DNA of 63,195 nucleotides, the filler included, from Octopus bimaculoides (taxonomy: Eukaryota): NCBI RefSeq assembly GCF_001194135.2. It is 4 parts of 4 records of this genome, joined end to end, with 100 filler letters (N's around TTAATTAATTAA, not from the genome) between each part and the next. Parts side by side here need not be neighbours in the genome. Positions count along the whole stretch, not along the records: positions 17,969 to 41,487 come from NC_068981.1; 3 more parts are not named here. One strand, given 5' to 3'. Below the pieces are notes generated by a model. That model did no database searches and was not told the origin of the DNA. It saw only the letters and a program-made list of their open reading frames with translations. The position numbers and the translations under genes were made by a program. Shown piece after piece: positions 25,230-37,970 of the stretch (the first letter of the stretch is position 1; each line of letters starts with the position of its first letter).

Positions 25230-25278
25230 TCTTACTGATCAGGCAACGGAAAGTGCCGAAACTAAATTCAGTATAAGA
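25230..25278 (+). ncRNA. Type I hammerhead fold with a G8C core substitution
   Basis: TCTTA-CTGATCA-GGCA-acggaaag-TGCC-GAAA-CT-aaattc-AGTA/TAAGA: stems I, II and III all pair. Confidence 0.65.
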
Positions 25279-25980
25279 TATTCTCGAACGGCGTTTTCGG
25301 ACGATTGCAGTTCCTTTGACTACAGAATTAGAGCATTTAAGTTCTTATTTCTAGCAATGTAGATGTTTATAGCACCTATAAACAACTACATTGTAGATGT
25401 ATATAACTCAATAGTTGCTAAATGGAATTTTTGAAGTTGACCCTTCCTTTATATTTTCTGTATATCGAAATTCGATATTTTACCCTCCAGAAAATTCCAA
25501 ATACTCGTGAGGGTGTACCTCATTTTTATATATTCGTCAGAGTAAAGCTTTATGCTCTTAGGAATCGTTCCCAATATATGTGAAATTAATTCTTTTTCAG
25601 GAAATGTTTGTATTATTCCTAATAAATATATTTGACCTCAAATCTTAGCGGACATCCAATCGGCTCTATACTGAAATCCTATATATTATTAAAATTACTT
25701 CTGGGCTTCTGTCAGAGAATCTTCTCGGAATTCGACCTTTGCCATATATTTCTGTTCTCCATAGTTGTGTTATTACACAAATAACATTCATAAACTGATA
25801 AACTTTGTGACAGCCATTTTGCCGAAATACTTATAAATGGCAATATTATATGAAGGAAAGTAGCAATACAGTATGTTACATATTCCGCAAAATAAACAAA
25901 CTACTTGTACACATGCATACTTACATACTACATACATCCATACATACCTGCATACATGCACGCATACATACATACATACG

Positions 25981-26013
<33 letters not shown>

Positions 26014-26164
26014 TTATGCATATATATACATACGCAGATACACACATGCGTACATACATACATACATATATTCATGCATATATATACATACGCAGATACA
26101 CACATGCGTATATACATACATATTCATAAATATGTATATATATATATATGGATAATGAGAGACA

Positions 26165-26179
26165 ATAATAATAATAATA

Positions 26180-26232
<53 letters not shown>

Positions 26233-26249
26233 CATCATCATTATCATCA

Positions 26250-26295
<46 letters not shown>

Positions 26296-26296
26296 C

Positions 26297-26373
<77 letters not shown>

Positions 26374-26375
26374 CA

Positions 26376-26435
<60 letters not shown>
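26165..26435. repeat. (ATT)n/(CAT)n compound microsatellite
   Basis: Direct reading; source of the poly-Y, poly-N and poly-I ORFs. Confidence 0.95.
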
Positions 26436-26438
<3 letters not shown>

Positions 26439-27020
26439 TCATGTGTGCGTACATACATATACGTTTATAAGATATTCGGTGGATGATTATTATTATCTTT
26501 CTCTCTAAGATAAACAACAGGCAAAGCGTGGTTTAGATTCAGCTATTTCATGTTAAATTGTTTTGATATCCGCTAATAAAACCAACATTTCTGTACTGAT
26601 GATAGGAAAACAATGCTATAGCTCAGGCGCACGTGACTATCTGATTTGGTTTCCGTGTTCTTGAAAACAAATTTGCTATTACCGCATCTGTATCTCTTTT
26701 CTGAATATTTAATTGAATACATATGTGTATGTACCTGGCAATATATGTGTATAATTGTTTGCGAGTTGATTATGTAAAATGTGGGAGTGTATAGGTGCAT
26801 TATATATATATATTATATTTACGTGCATATAATTTTATATTTGAAAACACTAAATTTAATCGTATGAGATATACACACTCATATCCACACGTATATACTC
26901 TGAAACAGAAACACATTTGATGATGTCCTTGAAGTTGCAAATGTACATGTATATATTAATTCTTAGCGACGGATACAGTATTAATATAATGCCGTACTCT
27001 TTGCATCCATCTAAACATGA

Positions 27021-27195
27021 ATGCCTTGTTAGAACACCTAATAATGCGTTGTTAGCCATCAAAGATCCTCTCATACAGGGATTGGTGCATAAAAGCGCAC
27101 ATGGATAGTAACTGACGAAATTCTTCTCTCATCCATACCCAAATTCCCTTTCATTCAAGGCTAATGAACCAATATTCAGTGTTCTAACAAGGCAT
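27021..27195. mobile_element. Small inverted-repeat element (MITE-like)
   Basis: Perfect 17-bp IR ATGCCTTGTTAGAACAC at 27021-27037 and 27179-27195, extending imperfectly to about 37 bp. Confidence 0.55.
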
Positions 27196-27449
27196 CCATA
27201 TTTAGTTGGATATAAATATTACTTTATGTATTTACACTGATAATAGATCATTCTTGGAATGCCTGTTGGATATATGCGACATCTGCGCCTGAAACGATGC
27301 TGAAATTTGTAATATTTTAGCAGCGAGACTTGACTGGCATACGGTTACTAATGAACGCTAATACAACGAAATCATGTTAAGTTACGGGAACATAAGCATA
27401 GTAATACCGGCTGTCAAGCTTTGGTGAGTGTACAAAAACAGACTCAAAG

Positions 27450-27600
27450 ACACACACACACCATTACAATGGGCTTCTCTAGTCTCTGCCTACCAAATTC
27501 ACTCACAAAGCTTTGGTGGCCCGTGGCTATAATCGAAGACACTAGCCCGAGATGCCACGCAGTGAGACTGATCCCGGTGCCATGTGGTTAAGAAGCATTT
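27450..27600 (-). mobile_element. SINE family A, diverged
   Basis: CTACCAAATTCACTCACAAAGCTTTGG...GCCACGCAGTGAGACTGA. Confidence 0.7.
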
Positions 27601-28679
27601 TTTTCCATTTGGCTATGCTTAAAGCGAAGTAAAAATACATTAATTTATTGATTAATGAAGAAAGTAAAAATGCAAGGCAGAATATTATTACTCATTTATG
27701 TGTTCTATTCAGACCAACAATTTTCGGCCAGAGACATGTTATCCACAAAGTACATGCCGATGTTCCTTTTGATGATGATCATTAAAGTTGAATTTACAAT
27801 TTCTTTTTTGGGATGGGCCTCTGCTATACATATTTCTGAAGTTTCTAACAGTTTGCAACCCTAGATGCTAAGTTATTTCAATGAAGACGTGTCGCTAGAA
27901 AAGTACGCCACCTAGATTTGGTTGAATTTGAAAATTTTAACTGTTACTTTCAATGTATGCTTTGAAATTTTTCCGAGGAAAAGCCACAATGAGCCACCCA
28001 TTTCCTACCTCAAAATTGTAAATTTCTTTAAACAGTTTTGAGCAAGGCCTTCTAAGGCAACCGGTTTTCCTGAAGTTTAACAAATATATTGTGTGCATTG
28101 GCTCACCACAGATTAAATTTGGTTTTAGTTATCACGCTGAGAAGATTGAACAATTTTGTCATAATATTCTGTTTCTAATATCAATTCCAGATGGAAGTGT
28201 GTTCAAGATGTCATGCAATAGTGTAAAAAACATGGCATTGAAAATGGTAAATGTCAAGACACAACCTACACAATTTGTGAGGGAAAATTACCTCGAGATA
28301 TTATTAGTTCTTATATTTTTCAACAACCAACATGAAATTTGTACACCATGTATATAAACATATATGGACAACCATATTGGGCAATGAATCTCCTCAGTTC
28401 ATCACGNNNNNNNNNNNNNNNNNNNNNNNNNNNNNNNNNNNNNNNNNNNNNNNNNNNNNNNNNNNNNNNNNNNNNNNNNNNNNNNNNNNNNNNNNNNNNN
28501 NNNNNNNNNNNNNNNNNNNNNNNNNNNNNNNNNNNNNNNNNNNNNNNNNNNNNNNNNNNNNNNNNNNNNNNNNNNNNNNNNNNNNNNNNNNNNNNNNNNN
28601 NNNNNNNNNNNNNNNNNNNNNNNNNNNNNNNNNNNNNNNNNNNNNNNNNNNNNNNNNNNNNNNNNNNNNNNNNNNNNNN

Positions 28680-28712
<33 letters not shown>

Positions 28713-28819
28713 GTGTGTATATATACATATATACAAATGTATAAAAACAATACGCTCATAATTTGATCAGGAGATAGTTAGGTACACATGCTTAGATAAT
28801 ATTGCTTCCAACTTTAAGG

Positions 28820-29000
28820 TAGAAAGCTGCTAGAATCGGTAGCGTATCTGACAAAACTTTTAGTGACGTATCGTCTGTCTTACGTTCTGAATTCAAATTC
28901 CATCGAGGTCGACTTTGCCTTTCATCCTCTCTGGGTTGATGTAATCACCTACACCTCACCCCAAATTGCGGTTCTTGTGCCAAAACCTGAAACCAATATC
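28820..29000 (+). mobile_element. SINE family C
   Basis: GTTCTGAATTCAAATTCC...GAGGTCGACTTTGCCTTTCATCC. Confidence 0.65.
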
Positions 29001-29249
29001 GCTTCCAACATCGCATGACATAACACGTACACATGCTGTTAACACATCTAAATGTTCTTCGGTTTCCAATCCAAACAGTAACTGTTGAATTCCCAGCAAC
29101 TGCCCAGTGACAAGATCTCTCTCTAAAAGGCTGTATTTTTTAATAAGCTATATTAAAACTTACGAGCATTAGAGCTAATACTTTACCAGAAGATACAAAG
29201 AAGATTTAAACTAATTCTGGTGTAGGGAAAGGGAAAATCTTACCTACCA

Positions 29250-30215
29250 TTGACACTTCATCCGGTAACTACGGCATGTTCGAAACGAATTTCCGGATAT
29301 AACATGAAGCAGCCTTCAAACGAACCCTCATTAGTCGCTGTAGTTTGGTGTGAACCACAAGACCACCGTTCTGACTGTTATTTCTGTCTTGTAGATGTTA
29401 AAGGTAAGTGTGTTTTCATTTTCAGTAAACGTAGCATTTATTTATCTGAATATATTTATTTTTATTCGATGCATTGAATATACGAAATGCTATAATATAA
29501 TTTATTTTCTTTACAGGTAAAATAACGAAGAGTGGGTCGTCGGTGGCATATTCGAATCTCAAATCCGCCATTCAGCATGGACCTCGTTCGGTCTGCGTTC
29601 TGATAACTGCTCTACACGCAAACATGGTTTTATCCGATACTAGTGAACCAGAAGAGAATTGTGAACAAGATGAGTTGTATGTGCCAGTATCAGAACAGTC
29701 TAGACCGAAACCCGTAGCACAGGATGATTTACACGACCTTCTTCGTGATTTGGGAGTAACGAAAATATTGAGCGAATTACTGGCTTCTAGGTTAAAGGAA
29801 AGAAACTTGGTAACTCAAGATGTCAGAATTACAAATTTCCGAAACCGTAGATTTGGTTTAATAGAAAAACATTGAAATGAATGGCAGTTTGTGTTATTGT
29901 AACGACATACAGGGACTCTTTGAAGAGCTTGGTTGAAATTATGACCCTAATCATTGGAGGCTATTCATAGACGATACAGCACATGGATAATAAACTTCCG
30001 TCAATTTGTGTAGCTCATTTTGTTATTCTAAAGGAAATATACGAAAATCTATCGTTCATATTCGGTTGTAGAAGATATAATGAGCATAAATGGCCGATTT
30101 GTGCAGATTTGTGCAGTGATTGTGTCTTACAGACTGAGTTTACTAAGTACATGTGCTTTTTGTGTCAATGGGACAGCCGTGCTCGGGAAGAACATTACAT
30201 TCGTAGTAAATGGCC
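29250..30215 (+). pseudogene. Chapaev(3)-like DNA transposase remnant with a GT-AG intron at 29404-29516
   Basis: VWCEPQDHRSDCYFC, DLHDLLRDLGVTKILSELLASRLKERNL, CYCNDIQGLFEELG, WRLFID and KYMCFLCQWDSRAREEHY. The family assignment is from memory of these motifs. Confidence 0.7.
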
Positions 30216-30903
30216 ATATATATACACATGCACATATATTTACATATATACACAAGCATATATATGAATATAAATATGCATATATATGAATATAAATATG
30301 CATATATAAATAAAGCATATATATATATATAAATGAATTCTCTTATTTGTTATCTTTAATTTGCAGTTTTCTTTTTCCATATGCGCCTAGACAGTGAGAC
30401 ATCTATCCTAGTATATATTGTAGTCTGTCCCTTATTTCACCAATCTATATTTATAGAATTGAAATACAAATTTGTGATAACACAACATTTTATACTGGTA
30501 TACATAACACTTAGAAAGATGCAATTTCTCACAAAACTCCACATAATACCACTCACAATATTTCGTCATCACAAAGTTATATACGATGCGATGGAATCAG
30601 AAAGCAGAAGGTTGAAGATGAGTTTCTCTGTTATGCACAGATATTGGGTACTATTGTACTGAAATCATCATAATACAATCCAGGTCACAATAACAATTCT
30701 AGTTGTACTCTCACTTTAAAATATATTATGTACATATTTATAGATAATTTCTTTTCCTATATTGTCTAAGCGTTGTCTTTTACGAATATATTTGCTTTTG
30801 TCTAAATAACACTTCCTATCTACACAATGACAACTAAGCATGTAATGTTAGATACGTTTATATGAGTTCTGTATATGCATCTATGCATTTTATCTGTATT
30901 CCG

Positions 30904-30957
<54 letters not shown>

Positions 30958-33802
30958 ATACATATATACATACATACATGTATGTATATGTAATTGTATA
31001 AATATATATATAAATATATACATATACATATCTACGTTTGTTTGTATATATGTATATTTTTCAATAAGGGGAGATTTAGGCACACTCATATGCACAAACA
31101 CACACACACACACACACGCGCACATACACACATAATCACACACACACACACATACATGTTTACATATTTATATGTCTGTGTTTTTATAACAGAGTGATAG
31201 ATAAGGAAAGTAAACAGATTCATATATATACGATTACATTGTATGCTTTACTACATGTATGTCTGACCAACGGTTTATGAAGATGCACACACACTTTCAC
31301 ACGCTTACATAAACACACACACATACACACTGCAAACATATAACAAACAAACAAACACACACTCTTAAACGACAAGAACTTGTGTATATTCGTTTGTGTA
31401 TATTTCAATACTGGAATATGTTGAGTAATTGCCTTTATATAAGTGTAAAACTGTCTATTTCTACATTCGTGTGTATCTATCAGAGTGTACATGTGCGTGT
31501 GTGTATGTGTGCCTCTATGTGTGTCCATGTGTATATTTGTAGTTTGTTTCTGCTAATTTTTCATTTGTGTATTTGTTTGCTTTTTCTTGGTTTGTTTTAT
31601 CTGAGCGTCTCGAACTTCAAGACAGCCTTTGATACACGTCCAGATTATAATTCATCTATCAGTTTACATATTATCTGATCTCGTTATCTATATTCATTGA
31701 TATGACGAAAGCAATAAAAACCAGATTGATGTGTTTGATCGAACATTTCGTATTTCATTTGCAATGATTATATTCTTGAAAATTATTATCCGACAAACTG
31801 ATCTGTTTCTATCGAAATGTCCTATAAAATTTTTCTGATTGTTGATTTCACACTCGATGTCTTTTATAGCCATAGTGACTACAGAAGATGAATGTCATGT
31901 TGTTAAAACAAGACATTCTCTTAAAATTGGTTTTCATATAATGATCGTCCTTGTACTGTTGTATTTGGTTTTCATATTCTGGTAGGGCACCCTTAAGTGT
32001 AATAAAATACTTAACAGGTAATATCAATATTATAGTTATAAATCTAATATACGTTTATATTCTTATATATGTCAAAATCAAAACACGTGACGGTTATACC
32101 GCTTATTGTGATATATCTTTAGGCGTAAATATAAATTACAGAAATATCAAATGTCTCTTTGAACTAGTATTGTATATGTGGATAACTGCAGAATCTATCC
32201 AGACAAATCGAAATCAATGAAAAGTCGGTTGATCTCACCAGTGTTTGTAATACAGAAAAATAAGATGAGAAATCTGTTTATTCAAAAAACAACATTTACC
32301 GCAGGTTTCTCTGCATAAATATCAATAACGTCAACGACAACAACAATAAGATTAAGAAGAACAAAAACTTTCAAAATTCACAAATAAAAACATAAGGACA
32401 TTGCCTTATATGATTACTAGTAAGTATCAATATTCACTGTATTACATGTCCATATTATAGAGCAACTTGAAAACCTAATACGTATTTATGTAAACTTGTT
32501 CAGTATGCAGGAACAAAGAGGCAGCACGAACTTTGATTAAAAGCAAAGGTAAAGGAGGTTATCACACTAAATACAAATTTTATGTGTCACATGTATTCGT
32601 ATGGGGTCACTGTACAATAATTGATGTTTACATAACAAACGTATACACGGAAGGAGAAAAAGTTTGGTTACAAAAGAAAGCAAAAAGTTCCTATAGGAAA
32701 CAAAGTGAATCTAACAAAAAGTAAAATCGTCGCCATGTCAGATTAAATCAGCTATGTCCATAGATCAGCAACTAAAATTTTCTGGCCTTGTCAGTACGAA
32801 AAATAAATTTCATAGCTTGTGCTCAATACTATATTAATGTAAGCTAGGCACAATAAACCAAATCCTCTCAAACGGTTACGTCTCAAAATCCAAAATAAAA
32901 CAAAAATAAGACTCTGAAACAATGGACACGAAATGAAAGTGTTACACATCTTTTACACATTAGAATCATGTAAATTGCACATCAGCACTATAAAATTATA
33001 AAATTATAGTAAGAGAAATGTGAAGAAACTATAATATCCCAAATATTAAAGTAGAGCAAACCTTACTCAAGATAAACTAGAAATAAAACGAAACGGACAG
33101 GTAGTACAACTTTCAACTACCCGAATTAATGAAAGTAGCACCATAGAATTGTTTTTATAGAAAACATTAAAAACAAAACACGTAAAGAAAACACAAACGC
33201 AAGCACAGACATTGCATTCCCCTCAAAATACAATAAGAATATTTCAGAACTCATTTTTAGCAAAAGGAAGAAACCAGGGCTGACAGGAATTCAGAAAGAG
33301 ACACGAAATAATTGAACTCTAAAATAATTATTTGCATCAACGAGGTGCACTGGCACAACACTAAACTCGAATTTTTCGATACACAGAATTACAAGTCATA
33401 TTGTAACACATCAACGAGAATTAGTATCGCGAGGGAACGAATAGAAACGATAAAGGAAATAGAAGAAAAAATACTAATGAATGAAGTTAAATACTTACCT
33501 ACATAATCTTGAAACAAGCAGCCTCTCTAAAGTAACAGAGTACAGCACGCAATACTGCTTATTTAAACAAAATACTCAAACAGAAATTGAATCTGTGGTC
33601 TACACATTTGAGTAGCATTGGTAATATTAAAACAATCAAGGATAGATAACAATAGAATTTAAACCTAGTTAACCAGCCCCAACCAACAGGAAATGAAATG
33701 AATATATATTGCATAATGCTACAAAGCAGCAAATCAATATCCATAAATAGCAAAACTGCAAAAAGTGTGGACGAAACACACACACACACACATACACACA
33801 CA

Positions 33803-33903
<101 letters not shown>

Positions 33904-33919
33904 ACATAAGCAGAGAATA

Positions 33920-34450
33920 TATAACGATAACAATATGTATATCTATGTAAAAAGTAAAGAAACAGATGGGAGTCTGATTTCAGAAACGAGAATAAGCAAA
34001 CCAAATCAGCCGAAGTGCGCCGTATTAGACGACGCAACGAAAACAAAATACTTTTCTTCCGCGTGAATTTGATATTTAAATTGATATTTAAAACAGAAAT
34101 CAAACGATTTTAAACCAATATTTCAAAAGATCTTAAATCAATTGCTAAAAAATTACAATAAAAAAATATTATACTCGAGGCACAGTTTATAGAAGGAAAT
34201 AAGTGTGTTCTGGAACGCAATATGGACAGTATTCCATAAGATAAAAGGCACAATCTATCAGAAAGAGGAACAATCATGGGAACATATGCATGGCCTTCTA
34301 CAGCCGACAAATAACTCATCAACATGTTAAGAGTTACGAGCAACTGCAAAAATCTTGATTTATATCCATCGTTATATGCCAGCAGTAATCAATGACAAAA
34401 TCTATAAGTAAATGGCTGATGGAGAGGATTGCTTCTATATTGAATGATAA
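33920..34450 (+). mobile_element. Possible highly decayed R4/Dong-like pre-RT segment
   Basis: Weak resemblance only (KQKSNDFKP, SVFWNAIW); many stops. Confidence 0.25.
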
Positions 34451-34469
34451 CATTTGTGGTTATCTCTTT

Positions 34470-35750
34470 TGCTCGTTATTTTCAACTTACTCCATTTTCT
34501 TCGCCCACTTATTCAAAAAGGGGTAGTGGGATCAGAGTTCTCAAGTACACATTCTATCGGGTCGTGTCTGAAGCATTCATATCCAACTAATCCTAGATCA
34601 ACTGATATCACGGTCTGGCACTGGTTCTCTTACCAGTTGGTTTTGCCGGTACAACCTGTCCAGCGACACTTTGTTGAGACATTTTTATCACATGTTCGTA
34701 ATATCGGAGTTGTGATCTCCTAATTCGGAGAAGTATCAGCTTTAGCTGGAGCTGCTCTACCTGGAGCGGCTCTACCTAGAATACCTCTTTGATCTCAAAA
34801 GACCCAAAAAGACCCTTCGGAGGAACCTCATCTTTGCTGTATGTATGTACAATCGTATCCTTTCGGCTATTACACACGATTTGTGATGATAGGTACGACT
34901 AATCACGATAACGTGTTCGGATTTTTTCACCAACCTCCTTTGTTCTGATGTGCGAATGCTGTATCTGGCGCACTACTGCACCAACACCTACTTCTCTATA
35001 TTTCAAAAATTTGTACATTTCTTTGAGTGATACATTATTGGATGTTAGGATTCCACTTCATTCTCGATGCAGCTCGATGATCCTTCCCCAAAAAATTCTA
35101 TATCCGGCCTATCCATATGTTCTGTGCGAATTGGCATATCTAAGCGTATGAATGCTTTCCCCTAATCTTAATTCTATCCGGTGTACGTTTATACCGCCTC
35201 TTCTCTGTTGGCATTTCTTAATGCTGCTAGAATATCAACTCTAATTAAATCTATGTTCCACCTTAACAATCTTTCACATAAAAGACAGTTAATTTTCTTA
35301 CCATAATCATTTGACCCGACGTCCAAACCATTTTATTATATAATCATTAAACTTCTTTGTTTCAGACATAAATTGTGTGGCAGAAAGGAATCTTCCTTCA
35401 ATCGTTTTCTTCGAAGATACTGGTTAAATTTAAAGAATTCTTCTTTTTCTGCAACTGTCGAATTGTTTGAGATTTACATGTGACATTTTCAATGTACCTA
35501 GTTATTGACAGGGATGATTGTACCAAATCTTCGAGTATCTACATGTTGGGAACATAGTGAGAAATTTTGTATGATTCAATCCATACCATGCTCAGGAATT
35601 CTGTTTTCATCAAAACTTTTCGGTAAGTCTCTTTCGATAGCTAATTGATCATTACAGCCAAATTGTCATTTATTGCTTTTCTTTGTTTTCTTAAGCAAGG
35701 TATTTCTTGATAGTTGTTTCTAGCACAGAATATTCGAACTAAATATGACA
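34470..35750 (-). mobile_element. Decayed RTE-clade (Expander/Rex3-like) LINE 3' part
   Basis: Minus strand TAKMRFLRRV and LLRIRRSQLRYYEHVIKMSQQ...KPTGKRTSARP. The upstream boundary is uncertain. Confidence 0.65.
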
Positions 35751-35809
35751 GTTTGCATAAAAGTTAATGGATGCACAATTTCTCATCAAAAAATAAAAAG
35801 AATTTTAGA

Positions 35810-36400
35810 GATCAAATATCAACTAGATTATAACGTTTTGCTCCAAGCTGCCGCCCTCAAATTCAACTGCGGCCTCAAGACGGTAACGGAACCTCGCGCA
35901 TGCATTCCTCACCCAGTTTCGAGATTTTCAACCACCACCTTGTTCTTGGCCACCTGCTCGGCCTTTATCTTGCAGGTGTTGTAGAATATAATCCACGTGG
36001 TTAGTACTGAGATAATTAGGAGGCCACAAATTGCGACTATAAAAGTCGTAGAAACTCTCCAGCAACAACGTCTGACTCTTTCCGGAGGTATGCCAAAGAG
36101 CCGAATCCACCTCTTCACATATGCCCTTCCGGCAGCGACGCTCTATAGTGAGGTTTTCACGATGGCTTCGCCGTCTCCGCTGCAGCTGTTCATGTCACGT
36201 CTTCCATTCTTAACAATTTTCAGTGAGCACTGAGAAGCAGACATGATGTCGGTGTTTTGATAGCCGGCGCGAATGATCATGAGACAAGTAACTCTTTTCC
36301 AATATTCAGATGACTCCCACCATGTCAGCTAACGTTTTCTCAAATACACAACTACAAATTACACTTTATGAACTCCAACACCGTTGACTGTTCAATTATA
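35810..36400 (-). mobile_element. Internally deleted Tc1/maT-like transposon
   Basis: WKRVTCLMIIRAG (N-terminus), DSALWHTSGKSQ, NLWPPNYLSTNHVDY (WPPNSPDxNPxDY-like) and CARFRYRLEAAVEFEGG. Confidence 0.8.
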
Positions 36401-37189
36401 CATCAAGCTGTTCATAAGAAAAGAAGTCACAGAAAATCTTCAAATGCAGCCCGAAAACCCTGCATATTATCTATGATAGATTTAACCTTATTGCAACCTC
36501 TACAAAGTATATTGTGGCTCTATAGACATTAGACTTTACTATTTCCTATGCATTGCTGATTAACAAGATTTTATTCGCAGTGAGCCAGTCAAATATCGTT
36601 CCTCAAACTGTTACATGTGAATTATTTCTCTTCAAACTCATTCTGTCCTGGTGACACGCGGTTGTTAGTTTTGTAAGGTCTGGTGTATTTTTGACTGTTA
36701 TCCTCTCCTTTAGAATTCTTCTAATTATATTATAATCAGTGTTACACTGACTTCTATTTTCTAAATTTAGCTTCTTCTTCAAAATAATGTTTGGGTTAGA
36801 TGAGGAAACGTTTCTTTTTGTTAAAAGAATCTTTTTCACATTTCATATCGACGGTGTTTTTTTTGTGATTTAACCGAGAAATCTTTTAGTAGATAGTCAT
36901 TTGATGATGTCATATTTCTGTTATACTGTTTACCTTTTTCTTTTCTTTGATTTCTGTTTTTGGCGGGGTGTAGAGATTGAGCTCTGAGAAACTTTCGGCC
37001 TTGTGGGTATAAAGAAAGGATTATTATTATTAGAATTGTTATCATTCGTTGGGCGGAAAGCCATACTTTGTACTACCTCTCCCACAGACGGTTTCCCTTC
37101 ATGTCACTCACTCCCAACGACAACCACTACAACAACAACAGTCTAAGCAATGTGAGAGCTTGCGATGCATGTCAAATCAGCAGTAGCAA

Positions 37190-37911
37190 CAGTAGGAATG
37201 CGAAGACAGAAAGGAGAGATGGACAGAAGATACTAGAAATAATAGCAACACCACGATGTCGACAATTGACAACTGCAACACAGAAATCACGACTTTCAAA
37301 GAGGCAGACAGTATTCCAGCATCGAGGTCCTCTTCAAAAGTGAGGACCTCGCACGTAAACATGCAGTACCGCGCCGATGGAGTGAAGAGTGGGTCCTGTA
37401 CCCAACCTACCTCTCAAAAGGAATTGCCAGAATAAAAATACCAAACGTTTCACCGGATGTTAGCGTCTGGTGGATTGTAGCGTGTCTGGTAAAGGATCCG
37501 GAGTCAATCCCAGAGGTGAAACGGAGCAGAAGGGAAAACTGGTCAGGGGAAACCATCGAAATTCTGCTCCTTGTGAAGCCGGAAGCCATGAAAAAATCCC
37601 GGTTTTTGTAGAGCTGCCCAACGTGGTCGACCTGTTATAGTAGAAGGCAGACAACATAGGTGCGACAGTTGTGGGGTTACAAACCACTTCAGGACCTTCT
37701 GCCCCCAAAAGACAGGAGGCACCATACCACTCCCACCATCCAAACAAAACCATCAGCAACAGCAGCAACTGACACAATATTTCACAAATTCAGCCATATT
37801 TTCAGGTGAAGCTCAAAGAAAATAGATAAAACCACCCAGGGTGTCACCCAAACCAGGACTTAGCCCACTCTATCTGTCAACCACACATTCACACAGTGAC
37901 GCGCACACACA

Positions 37912-37970
<59 letters not shown>

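Noticed and set aside
25788-26517. ORFs rich in YI, CV, HT, poly-Y, poly-N or poly-I here and throughout the window
   Set aside because: Translations of dinucleotide and trinucleotide microsatellites.
36600-37045. Two minus-strand ORFs following an ATA-rich tract, possibly an R4 5' end
   Set aside because: Low-complexity, Lys/Asn-rich, with no conserved motif.
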